From assembly GCF_001194135.2 (NCBI RefSeq), contig NC_068990.1:80419975-80462446 (forward strand): a stretch of 42,472 nucleotides of DNA. The letters run 5' to 3'. The translations under genes were made by a program, and so were the position numbers. Shown here one piece after another: positions 1 through 12,282 of the stretch (the first letter of the stretch is position 1; every line of letters starts with the position of its first letter). The notes beneath the pieces were generated by a model. That model was not told the origin of the DNA and made no database searches. It was given only the letters and a program-made list of their open reading frames with translations. The DNA is from Octopus bimaculoides. Taxonomy: Eukaryota.

Positions 1-44
<44 letters not shown>
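1..44. repeat. (TA)n microsatellite
   Basis: Direct reading. Further (TA)n tracts occur at 716-768, 2293-2327, 7552-7603, 17657-17696 and 30503-30553. Confidence 0.98.
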
Positions 45-51
<7 letters not shown>

Positions 52-99
52 CACATAAATGCATGCGCCTACATACAGGAACAATCCTTATATATATAA

Positions 100-700
100 A
101 AGTTACCTCAACCTTTAAGTTTATAGCCCTTCATACAAACTAATACCATTCACATTCTATCTAAACTACCCTTCCCTCTTCCTCCCACCTTCCACCACTA
201 CCCTTGCCTAATTAATAACCCGTAACCGTGAAATTTATATACCCCTCCCACAACTCTCTATCTAAATACCCCTAACTCCTTCTTCAAATAAATACACTTA
301 GTTCTCCATAAAAATCATTCCATCTGTAATCTCCCTTCTGTCAAAACCTCAAATATAAAATTTTCCCATGAAGACGGAGGCTAGTATTATTCGATGATGG
401 AATAAATTTACAATCATGATTTTGAACCACCAAGTCCCCTGAAACCGCTGCTGGACTCGTAAATTCCTGATATTTCTATTTTGTGTAAGACGAACCTTCT
501 TATATGTAAACATATGTACATATGTTTGTATTAAATGTATTTTAATAATTTTTGTATATTGATTTGCCTAACTTGCTTATCCTTACATTTAACTCCTCTA
601 CCTACTCAAATTTAAAGCTCTTGAGCACTATATTACTAGATTACGAAGTGTAATCTATACGGAGAATATCTGTCTGTATCTACCTGTCTATTTGTCCATC
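100..700 (+). mobile_element. Probable 3' region / pseudo-LTR of a Penelope-like retroelement
   Basis: Non-coding C-rich tract followed by a degenerate (C)TGATGA...GAAAC arrangement (tcgatgatgg at 391-400, cctgaaac at ~438-446). Resembles from memory the 3' end of the family whose coding part lies at 16677-17310. Not verified by alignment. Confidence 0.4.
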
Positions 701-713
701 TATAGAATTATGC

Positions 714-772
<59 letters not shown>

Positions 773-1074
773 TAAATACATATATATTCACACATGTATG
801 TATTCAAATCTCGCATCTGTGATATATGTACAAATAGTCAAAAGTCTATTTGCTAATGTGCTTCAGCGTAGTACAAGTAAGATAAAATCCAATTTTGAAT
901 TAAAGGAATCTCTAAAAATGTAGATGTTTCGAGGTGAGTACATTATTCCTGTTCATATACTCTCTCCAAATATATTTTAGATGCGTGTAAATGTGTGGAT
1001 TATGTATTCGCTAGTGTAGCGATATGTGTTTGCCTGTGCGTGCTTATATTTTCATTAACATGATTGCTCTCGGC

Positions 1075-1620
1075 TCCGTCTCTCATTAAAGATCATGGAT
1101 GAAAGTCCTAGTTATTCGCCCTACTGGAACACCGTTGTTTGTTGCTGAACATCCTGATGTGCGAATGGCAGTCTTTACCACACAAACTGCACTTGTTAAC
1201 TCTCGCAGTGCTGTCTAAATTGTAGTGTTTTTTTCTATCGCTCCAGCATAGTTTGTTCATAGAGTCTAGGCCTGAAAATATGATAATGGGGATTGATTGT
1301 CGCATGCTGCGTGTCCTCTCCATCCAAGTTGCCCGAAGATCTAAAGGCACAGTACAGCTGTCATATTTTGGCACCAGCGTCGTTCCCGGATCTGTCAGAG
1401 CGATGTGGTATATAATGCCGAATTGCATGACAACATTCAACTCTCGATATTTCCTCAGCATTTACAACTGAATCCTCTCCTTTGGCTGGGTATAGCTACA
1501 AAGTAACGGAAGTTACGAATCAGGGTTTCCTTTCGTCTAGATTGGGTGATCCCCCGATCCCAACCCAGGCTAACGAGCTCCATCTCTCCGACCGATTTGC
1601 TAATTAATCTTGACACTGAC
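1075..1620 (-). mobile_element. Internally deleted (bipartite) RTE-clade LINE derivative
   Basis: Minus strand 1620-1260 matches the conserved RTE 5' region (GATGGAGCTCGTTAGCCTGGG...CCCAATCTAGACGAAAGGAAACCCTGATT...GCTATACCCAG). It joins directly to the RTE C-terminal motif CSLCGKDCHSHIRMFSNKQRCSS* (typical CxxCGRDCHSRIGLFSHxRRC) and a short 3' UTR. Confidence 0.7.
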
Positions 1621-2248
1621 AATTACGTCTACTCCGGGTCAGAGTAGACCGGTGAACAATAGTCTCTAAAATGTAGTTCCACTGTTTCCAAAATCCTGAA
1701 ACACCTGAACAACCAGCGCTCCACTAGTGGCGCTGGCTAATTAGTACATTACAAGTGAAATCTTTGAGTGGAACAGTAAAAATATGCAAGACTTTTCTCA
1801 AGTTTCAAATGTGAATTTGTCTGTGTTAACAACATCCAGGCTCCCTCCTCAGTGGAAGATTTATAATAATTAAAGAAATACAAGAAACATACATACATAC
1901 TTAGGTACATACGCATATAAATACATACATATATAGCTACTTGCGTATATACATACCCATGTACGTATACATTATATATATATATATATANNNNNNNNNN
2001 NNNNNNNNNNNNNNNNNNNNNNNNNNNNNNNNNNNNNNNNNNNNNNNNNNNNNNNNNNNNNNNNNNNNNNNNNNNNNNNNNNNNNNNNNNNNNNNNNNNN
2101 NNNNNNNNNNNNNNNNNNNNNNNNNNNNNNNNNNNNNNNNNNNNNNNNNNNNNNNNNNNNNNNNNNNNNNNNNNNNNNNNNNNNNNNNNNNNNNNNNNNN
2201 NNNNNNNNNNNNNNNNNNNNNNNNNNNNNNNNNNNNNNNNNNNNNNNN

Positions 2249-2334
<86 letters not shown>

Positions 2335-2637
2335 GAATTGTGCGGTATATTAAAGCTGCATGGCAATATTCACAGATTATGTCAGGTAGCGTGGAAGTTT
2401 GTATATGTTAGTAAAAGTATAAAAAAAAGTAGATGCTTGTTTGTAACTGGACTCATATCATCAGAAAATATGACTCTTACGCGGATTGGGTATTTATGTG
2501 TGCATGTTCAAGAGAGCCTGGATATCCATATCTGCCCGCTCTCGCATATTTTAGCGTGCTTGTATGCAAGTGCGTGTGATTGCACTTACTTAAACGTCGT
2601 GTTGTCGGGTGAGTTTTCGCTAAATTTTTCCTTTCAG

Positions 2638-2643
2638 TTTATG
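2638..2643 (+). other. Candidate 6-nt microexon TTTATG
   Basis: Context aatttttcctttcag|TTTATG|gtaagt, with a ctaa branch-like motif about 18 nt upstream. Confidence 0.25.
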
Positions 2644-3303
2644 GTAAGTTTCTATTTTACTCTCAGTGTTCCTGCTTGCATTTATAGCCGTGAATTGTCA
2701 AATGTTCGTGCGTTGTGAATCTGGCATTATAGTTTTCACCTGTGTGAGCTTAGTAGGGTGGCAGGTATCTATATCATAAGCTGTTATTATTTACTCATAT
2801 GTATGTGTCGGTATAGCTGTAAGAGAAAAAAAAGACATACATAAAATGCACTGGTTTTCTTTGGAAGGGTTATGTAAATCGATAAATCAATCAGACGGCC
2901 GATACATTCATAGACAGACAGATAGGTAAATATGCAGATAAGTAGAGAGGAAGATGTGTATAGAAAAGAAGTTAAGGATATATCGAGAGAAAGCAAAGAA
3001 AAAGAAAAAAGAATAGAAATGTGAAATCATGTCCTATGCTACTTGTTACATCTGTCAACTCTTATTTCAGTTTCCATACAACTTCTTATTTCTCATCTCA
3101 CTCTAACCTCCTCCTCACATTTAACTTCCGTTTCTACAGTCCATAGTTCGGTTTCTGTTTCCCATATCTTTATCTCCGTCGCAGAAAATCAGTGCAAACA
3201 AAAAGTTAAGCCATTTGATTGCTGTCTGCTGTCCACAGATGTATTTGCTTGCTCTGGAAGCGGTCTGAATTGTTGCCATTGACAGAAATGTTGTTGCTCT
3301 ATG

Positions 3304-3320
3304 ACTGCTGACTCAGCAGT
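3304..3320. promoter_or_regulatory. Perfect T-MARE (Maf/AP-1 type) element in a 17-bp palindrome
   Basis: ACTGCTGACTCAGCAGT; core TGCTGACTCAGCA at 3306-3318. Confidence 0.35.
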
Positions 3321-4357
3321 GATTTCTACACGTTATACAGCAACAGAGTTATTAAGTAAAAGCTCTTGTCCTTCAGATTTAGTGTATCTGTGTGCGTGAG
3401 AATATGTCTGATGTTGCGTGCATGAAGTTGTGTAATATTATGTGTGTGTTTGAATCTGTGTGATGATGAGCGGAACTGTGTATCTATGCAACAGTGTGCG
3501 TATGTATGTGTGTGAAGATGTGAGATTGTGTAGGTGTATATTTGTGCATATACCTTTGTCTGTGTATGTTATTTTTTGTGATGGAGCCTGCGCGTCATAT
3601 ATTTAATGGTGTACGTGCGCACCAGCGTGTAATTGTGTACAAAGTAGAGAGTTTGAGCATATATATGCGTGAAGGTATCATAGAGATGGTGCATCTGTAA
3701 TGATATATGACTACGTATGCTTGTTTGGACGTTCTTCGATTGTACAATTTATTGTCTGTCAGTGTGTGTGTGTGATGCCTTAAGTGGCCTTGTTTATTTG
3801 TATGAGGGAGTATATGCGTAGTTGTACGAGTGAATGTCTGTGTGTGCTTGTTCTTTTATATGCTTGTATATATGTGTGTGTGTGTGTTGTATTGAAAAAC
3901 GTATATCCTAGAAACCCTGAAGTACTTGTACTATCAACCACAAATCTGTAGCGTGATGTCAGTATTTCCATAAACATTAATACATTATATTATAATAGAG
4001 TGATAAAACAAGAGTCTAAGTAGACTGGTGATGGTAGTGGTGGAGGTGTGCTCGAGGTTGGCCCAGGCAATGAGGTTGGGCTCGAACAAGAGTATGGTAA
4101 CAGGCACTAATGTCGGAGCAGGAAGTAATGTGGACAGAATTAAAAGCAAAATGGATTCCATCATCTTATTGTATTTAATCTTTTGTACTTCAACAAAGCT
4201 CGTGTGACACGTGCAAATCATAATGCATGAAATAAAAGCAAACTGCACAAAGACGACGACGATAAAGAAGACGAAAACGAATGAGAATAAGAAAAGGAGA
4301 ACGAAGAAGGGAAAATATGTGAAGAGGAGAGGGAGAAACCAGTCGAAACAAGAGAAT

Positions 4358-4500
4358 GATGAGGAAATCTATGACAACGAGGTCGGTGATGATGTTGATG
4401 CTGATGATGTTGATGCTGATGATGATGATGCTGATGATGATCATGATTATGATGATGATGATGACCATGATCAAGATTGGCGATAATGATGATGATGATA

Positions 4501-4534
<34 letters not shown>

Positions 4535-4687
4535 NNNNNNNNNNGATGAGGAAATCTATGACAACGAGGTCGGTGATGATGTTGATGCTGATGATGTTGA
4601 TGCTGATGATGATGATGCTGATGATGATCATGATTATGATGATGATGATGACCATGATCAAGATTGGCGATAATGATGATGATGATA

Positions 4688-4739
<52 letters not shown>

Positions 4740-4780
4740 CGACGACGACGACGACGACGATGACCACTACGACGACGATA
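4358..4780. repeat. (GAT)n/(GAC)n low-complexity tract, duplicated across a 10-N gap
   Basis: 4358-4534 is repeated at 4545-4721 on the other side of the N run at 4535-4544. Confidence 0.9.
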
Positions 4781-5150
4781 ATCAAGTGATTTTTTTCTAC
4801 AGAATTTTGTAACCTCGGAAGAAATCAATTGAAACAAAGTAATCCGAAAAACTAACATAATTATCGATTAAATTGACGCCAGTACATTATAGATGTATAA
4901 AAAATACATTGAAAAAGATTAAACTCTGATGATCTTGGAACTAAACTTTTAAAAGCATCCTATTTTATATTTCATTTAGTGTTCCATCTAGGAGAAGGCC
5001 AATACAAGTGAAGACATGAAGATTAAACTGATCTGCAAAGGGTGAAGTCTAATAAACACTAACCACCACCTCCACCACCACTTGGAGATTTGCCACCTTC
5101 TCCCAGAGCGAATGCAATGGAAAAGGACACGTTTTCTCTTTTGCTTTCAG

Positions 5151-5320
5151 CTTAAAGCTGGGAGATGTATGTGTACCCGGGAAAAATACTCATCTTCTCA
5201 GGGGAGATAGTGGTAACATCAATATGACCAGACATGTTTCTAGTCTCCAAGAATACAGCAACAGCCAGCGTGATCGTACTCACAGTATACTAGGAGAACA
5301 GACTTGATACTTCCCACTAG
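5151..5320 (+). other. Candidate exon, product unknown
   Basis: Strong acceptor gttttctcttttgctttcag. One frame is open for 51 codons (LKLGDVCVPGKNTHLLRGDSG...ILGEQT*, stop at 5305-5307). Donor CTAG|gtaaag at 5321. Confidence 0.25.
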
Positions 5321-5789
5321 GTAAAGAAATTGGAATTTAACACTTAGTCGACGAGGCCATTATCAAGGTCTGGCGTAAGGTCTCATTCACATTACAAGTC
5401 GGATGGTGGCTGAAAGTATCTCATACATGCTATGTCTGAGAAGAGGCCATAAGTGGATATCTTCCGCGGGTGAAGTATAACTCAGTAATCGCTGTTCCAC
5501 TCACATAAAGCGTACATGCTAAGAAGCGAAACGCTTGTGACTCTGAGATACCTACTGATGACAAGGAAGGGTTTCCAACAATGCAATGGATTTTGAAGAG
5601 CTTGCAAAACCTCTGAGTAGCTCCTGCAGTTTATGCGTGCGGAGAAGCACCTCTGATATTTAGTTCACCCATCTAATCAAGAGTAGGAGGTTCCATTTTA
5701 TCTGCAGGAGGTTCACATTCTCCGTAAAATATTTCAACGCTTGGTCAAAATATACAAATGTGGGTATAATATAAGCCGATGCAATGGAG

Positions 5790-5945
5790 CCCAGTAGTTT
5801 TACTGGTACTTATTTTATTCCCTATCAAAAGAATAAAAAGCCAACTCAAGCCCGGGATATTTTGACTTCAAACGAAAAAAACTAAAGTGCACATGACAAA
5901 GCATTTTGTTTAACGCTCGAGGGATTTTGCCAGTTACTGCTTTCA
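5790..5945 (-). mobile_element. Old, degraded copy of SINE family A
   Basis: ctggtacttattttatt...aaagcc...gcattttgtttaacgctc...gattttgccag parallels the younger copies. Confidence 0.5.
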
Positions 5946-7549
5946 TCTTGCAAATCAATAATGTTAAAATAGCTTAATGTATTTGCACTGGATATTCCTC
6001 TTTAAACAGATAGCGTTTCAAACACTCCAGTGCGTACCGTTGCCACACGATAAAAGGGATCTTCCAAACATCAGACATTTTGTCGCAGTCGCTTTAAAGA
6101 AATCGTCCGAAAACCCATCATATTGTAAAATTGGAAATGCTTCAAGCAGATTTTGTATCCCATATTACATTATAATTTGTACTTAAACCAATGATAGAGT
6201 AAGTACGCAAGCGTCAATATGTGTGTGCGTAAGTGTGTATGTGTGTTTCTGTGTTTCTGTCCGTTAGTGTATATCTTGTTTTATTTTATATTTATTTATT
6301 TTATTTGTTTATTTTCTTTCTTATCTTTCTTCCCTTCTTCCATTGCTTCTTTCTCTCCTCATTTATATATTCCTCACATACTGTGCACTCCACGCATTCT
6401 GAACGAATCTTTGCGTCAAAATACACCTCCTTGCGAAAATGCAGCCTTTAATCCAATCAAGAGATCATTGGAGTGAAGAGTAGCCGAAAGGATAGACCTC
6501 ACTTGGATTGCACGATTTCTGAGATTCCACTCTCTATGAAACATAATGTAGCCTAGGTTGCCCATCATCCATTCCCTAACACTTGTATATCTATACATAC
6601 ATTACTTCGGAGGTTTTTATTCCCATGCTGGCCAACTAATAAAATCGGTATTTTAAAATAACGATCTTATTCTTATTTATAGAAATTTATATATATTTAT
6701 ATATATAATACATACACACAAATATATGTATATAAGCATGTATATACATGTGTGTGTGTATGTGTGTGTGTGTGTGCGTGTGTGTGTGTGTGTGTACGTA
6801 CGTGTTTGTGTGTGTGTACGTACGTGTTGAGGCCTGTGTGTGTTTATAATAGCGCTATCAATAGTTTTAGTACCACAGCGCTAAATGGGAGCATCAGATA
6901 GCAATTTTCATCTGCCTACTTATATAGAAATTTTTACCATTTGCTGACGATTCACTTGAATATGCGTGTTGGATTAAATAATTCTTGTCAGCTTTTGACC
7001 ACATTCAAAGATGTATAAGTTCAAAAATACAAGAAACGTATCAGAATGCATCGATTCCTACTCTATGTGATGTATCTGCAGAAGTACCGCTTATTAAACG
7101 AAATATTTACATTATATATAGCTTAAACGAAGTATCAGAACACACAGAAGTATCAATTGAGTCATTTCAGAGGCGCAGGAGCTGTCTAGAATGATCGGAA
7201 GACAAAGTTGTTGTAATGTATTTTAAAGATAACCTGGTGTGTCAGTTAGAATACATGCGATATGACAGGATATGAATCATATTAGGCATTCCATTGTTGT
7301 GCAGATTTAACATATTATTTGAGATTTGGTACACATTTATATTTAAGGTGACTCATACATTAGGTGGATAAATGCAGCTGTCGATATGTAAATTTTTGTG
7401 CATTTATAGCACATAGAATATATATATATATATCTAGAGTTATAATAACGAAGTCAAGCCAAATAGTGATATTTTAATACGTATGTTTCAGGTTTGCATA
7501 CTATAGAAGAAGATATATATCTATTACGTATATATGAGTGTGTGTTTGC

Positions 7550-7607
<58 letters not shown>

Positions 7608-7657
7608 GTTTAAATACATATATGTATATATAGACACAAATATATATACATATACAC

Positions 7658-7802
7658 GGCGCGCTGGCAGAAACGTTAGCACGCCGGGCGAAATGCTTAG
7701 TGGTATTCCATCTGTCTTTACATTCTGAGTTCGAATTCCGCCGAGGTCGACTTTGCTTTTCATTCTTTCAGGGCAGATGAATTAAGTACCAATTGCGTAC
7801 TC
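7658..7802 (+). mobile_element. tRNA-derived SINE family A, 5' part
   Basis: A-box-like TGGCAGAAACG and B-box-like GAGTTCGAATTCC (7727-7739), followed by the central GACTTTGCTTTTCATTCTTTC...TTAAGTACC domain shared by at least 12 copies in the window. Confidence 0.85.
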
Positions 7803-9310
7803 CGTAAAACTATGTTATAAGAGTAGCATTCATTGGCCGAATATTGCATGATATTTATTCTTTGATATTTTCCTTTTAGTTACCCTTACACCTTGTTTCT
7901 TTTCGCCATGAGTCATCTGTCAGGTTAAAATGATGTTTATGTGTAATTGAATAGTTTGAGCAGTTTCTAGAAGTATCGTATATACCATAAGATAGAATGA
8001 ATCAATACATTGGGGTTTTATATTTTCACGGAAATTTGCCGGACGTAGAAGGCCAAAATGGGAATAGATAGCGTTAGCCAGAAGGGTAAAATTCGAAGAT
8101 TATTTGAATGACATTCTCTGTGTTTAAATCACAAAAAGACTAACATTCATACAATCTTACACATACATACTCACAAAGTTATACCCATACTCACACACTC
8201 ACACACACATCCACACTCAAATACAGGCAGGTAGACAGACAGACACATATACACACTTCTCAAGTATGCATAAATACATACAGCGAATGTATTTATATGC
8301 CTAAACACAGGTCTGTAACTGATGACACGAAAGCATTAATCAGCAGAGCAAAATTCGAGGAACATTTTAATGAGATTACCGCTCGTTCTATTATATTACA
8401 AGACAAGAAGTCGTACATTCATACAAGATTTCATATAATACACACATGCACATACACAGACACATACAACCACACACAAACATGCCATATGTTTGTATAA
8501 ATGCATACATATAATTTTATTAGAATATGGACGAAAAATAGCTGGAGTAAACAATACTGAATTACATGTGTGATTAATTATTTTAGTTTGAGAATTTCAA
8601 AGTGACATTCTTTCTACTTCTGCATTGCTGTATATTACTTCGACTCCCGTTGCCAACACATAACGATATTCTACAATCGTAAAAAAACACGCATAAATAA
8701 TTTTCATGTCTTTACAATATAACTTCCGTGAGAAGTTGATAAAAGACATACTTTTCCAATCAACATTCGTATGGTTTTCATATAAATTAATATCCTGTAC
8801 TTAATGATATTCATACAATCAGCTCCGTTAAAATATCACTAGCAAAGTATAAATACAAGAATAAACATTAAGAAAAAAGAGTCTGTAACAGATGATCATG
8901 TTTTCTCACATTAGCCTCACTTTTGAGCTAGATTTTGTCAAAGATTTGTCTTAGAACAGTAATTTAAGTCGCAAAGATTTAAAGATAAATTCACACTCAC
9001 GGTGTTGTCAGTTAACGGCAAAGATAATTGCATTAAGAAGTTAAATATATTTAAGTGACAACCTCAATGCGGTAGAGATTTTTCTTGCTTGAAAGAAAAC
9101 AGATTAACGCTTCCAGGAAGAAGAGTTTCTGCAACACTTGTAGTGAATGAATATTTGCTGTAAATTAATCTGCAAACTGGGTTTAACTCGCAGTTTGACA
9201 TGTTTGAATTAAATTACACTGACTTTGGAAAATGACCTTGGGGAAAAATAAACAAACATATCATAGTTTATGATTTACATCCTCTCACGATTAATGAGAA
9301 TGTCGGCAGA

Positions 9311-9320
9311 GGAAATCCCC
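9311..9320 (-). promoter_or_regulatory. kappaB-type motif GGGGATTTCC
   Basis: Exact GGGRNNYYCC match in non-repeat DNA. Motif match only. Confidence 0.2.
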
Positions 9321-9453
9321 ATCAAAATTACTATCATATTCATTGAAACCTTTCACCTCCACTATCAACACAGTAACAACTTAAGGCAAGCGATTAATCT
9401 ATAATAGTGAACTTGTGAGTTCTCTATTGATATTACCGCTGTCATTTTTGCAA

Positions 9454-9463
9454 ATTATTATTA

Positions 9464-9525
<62 letters not shown>
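9454..9525. repeat. (ATT)n microsatellite
   Basis: Direct reading. Confidence 0.97.
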
Positions 9526-9689
9526 GAATGCAGAGTTCAAAATGTTGGCCACAGTGTTAGCCATGAGTTTGGCGCTTCTCGTCGAGGATCTCGAATGGGA
9601 GGCACTGATATGTGCTATCCCGAAAAAATCCAACCATGACATCCCCCACCCCTTGCGATGCATCATTAAGAAAGCGGTTAAAGAACCTG

Positions 9690-10035
9690 GCACGGGTGGG
9701 GCCTTGATCAATTTTAACGACCAGTGTATCATTTACCGACTATGAAAGTTGACCACGGTGAGATTTCTACTCAGCTTGTAAAGAGCCGAAAGAAACATAG
9801 CAAGGCTATTTTCCGATATTCTTACGAGCTTGCTTTCTTAACTTAGGCACAATGCTAGCAATCTGAGATTGTAATTAATCGATACCATAGAGCTTGGTTA
9901 TTTCTTTTTCCAACCTTGGAAGAATGGAAAGCATACTTAATTGCGAGGAGGTTTGAACTAAGAACGCAAAGTGTCGGAAAAATACTACAAGAAGTTCTGT
10001 CCGACGCTCCAACAATTCTGCATTCGCTCGATTAT
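9690..10035 (-). mobile_element. Two old SINE family A remnants (~9690-9830 and ~9905-10035)
   Basis: tttaccgactatgaaagttgaccacggtgagattt and gaggtttgaactaagaacgcaaag...gtccgacgctccaacaattctgc resemble the family A consensus. Confidence 0.5.
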
Positions 10036-11727
10036 GCAGAGAAATCACGCAATAAAGAAGTTGGGCAACAGAAAAAGCATTCTAATATATACACACATAA
10101 AGTATATACAAAATGTTTTGGGACAGAGTCAAATATAAATAAACAACAATGATGAAAATCCCAGAGAACGAAAAGAAATAAAAACTTAGAAAGAAAGAAA
10201 GAAAGAAATAGAAAAAAACTATAACGACGCAACACCTTCACTTTTACTACAGCCATCGAACCAACAAAGTGTTCATGCTACAAAAACATCACCAAAAAAA
10301 CCTGTTACTCAAGGACAGCTTTAATTAAAAAAGCTTTAATAAAAAAGCATATTACTCTACCTTGTGAAAAAGTCATCCATTGCGACAATGGCGAACTAAA
10401 CGTTCACAATATATCATCATTAACTAGCTGGATACGAGCAACAAAGCAACTTTCAACATAGACAGTTGAACATATAAATATGAGATAAGTAGTCACTTGA
10501 ATTTCTAGGAACGATAGCAAATATTTTCCCTCAAATCACATTTCACATCTGTTCAACGAAGAATAGAAATAATTGGATAATGACGTCTCATAGGTGGAAT
10601 AGTGATGATTAGGATGTTTAATGGTCATAGCTTTGCTTAGTCAGAATTCTCTGGGGTGGAACAAAAATCAGTTGTAACGTATATTGAAACATGTCCATTC
10701 AATCATATGCACATGCACCAACAGTTCACCTTCAAATATAAAATATTGTATAGTCTGTTTCACTACCAAATAAATATACTTTTACGGCTGTAACCTTATA
10801 TAGCAAAAGCAATACGGCAACTATATATCTAATGTAAAATATAAGGGGACCTCTACTTGGTCACTCGATATACCAAAAATTATAGCCGTATAAATACGTT
10901 GCATAATACAGTCCTAGGCAATCCTCCTCTACAAAGACTGGATGGTCATAGCTGAGATACTTCTGACCATATGTTTGAGAGGCCGGGCTGAAAAACAATA
11001 TATGCTTAATATTTAAAATCAATCTTAAAGTTTACAAAATATTTCAATAAAAATATTGTAGACGCAATAATATTTCTAAACAGAACACATATAGTAGATC
11101 TCATTTTTGTGATGAGTTATGGTTATATTTTCTCTTCAAAATATTCGACTCTAAACAACACACGCACACACATATACACACACACAAACACGCACATACA
11201 TACACACGCACACACACACTTTAAACTTCCTACTGTCAGTTCCCACATTTCTCCGACGATTCTTAGTGACTCTGAGGAATTGCTATATTCTAACACCTAC
11301 ACTTCATTGATAACCTATCTTTTTTTATGCATTTGTTCAGTAGTAGCTTAGCCTTGGCAGGTTGGTGAGAATTTCTAGAAATTCTAGATTATGTTGCTGA
11401 TAATTTTTCGACAGCAGCGATATCAATTCTCCACACGGACCTCCAGTAAAACTCGCCGTTTTCATTTTTCCCCATCGTCCTAGTATTCACTTATTCCAAT
11501 ATCATCACACACATTAGAAATTACACGGACTCAATGCAGAGGACAAGAGTATGATTTCTATCAACATCACTATGAACAGTATTGTTCCCATCAATAAATC
11601 CATCACAACTGCTAAAACAATCAACATCGTTATTATACACCAATATTGAATACTTCTACTGTCGAATTTATTGTTAACATCTTCGTAACATGACCAATTC
11701 ATGAATAAAGTAAGAACAGCACAAATA

Positions 11728-12036
11728 TCATGAAAGTTTCGATCCAAGGAGAAAGTTTCCACACTTTGTCTGATGGACATAGTATCCAAATTTGTCCGAA
11801 ATAACACCTAAGAAGTTAAGTAGAATATAAAGAACAACAGTCCCTGATAAAGATACACTGGGTGGTAGGTCCAGAACGCTTTTCATCAAACGGCCTTAGT
11901 CAAAACAATTACTGTGACCACTTTAATCACTTTACTTAAACCAAGAACACTTACAGTGTAGCGGGCACCGGGGGAACCACACAACTGCTACAAAATCCGT
12001 TGATAACCCCAGGGGGGTCGTGAATTCTGACCAGAT
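11728..12036 (-). CDS. Candidate last two coding exons (11955-12036 and 11728-11807) of an unidentified gene
   Basis: Donor ACT|gtaagt, a 147-nt intron ending cttaacttcttag, in-phase join IWSEFTTPLGLSTDFVAVVWFPRCPLH-C-VISDKFGYYVHQTKCGNFLLGSKLS*, and AATAAA about 56 nt after the stop (11667-11672). A second frame is also open, so the frame is uncertain. Confidence 0.3.
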
Positions 12037-12130
12037 CTACAATTTGACAATAGCTATTAACTCGAATAAAACCCTTCCTTGAACAAAGGCAGATCAAATT
12101 TACAAACCTATCAGCCACATAATTGTCGGG

Positions 12131-12168
<38 letters not shown>

Positions 12169-12184
12169 AACTACTACAACAACA

Positions 12185-12222
<38 letters not shown>

Positions 12223-12244
12223 AACTACTACTACTACTACAACA

Positions 12245-12282
<38 letters not shown>

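Noticed and set aside
4358-4721. Apparent ~177-bp tandem duplication and Asp/Met/His-rich ORFs
   Set aside because: Identical copies sit on either side of a 10-N gap, typical of unmerged contig overlap. The ORFs are translations of (GAT)n.
9524-9745. ORF resembling a secreted peptide precursor (hydrophobic start, KK sites)
   Set aside because: It begins at the end of an (ATT)n tract, its 3' part is an old SINE, the signal peptide is weak, and there are no amidation or repeated-peptide motifs.
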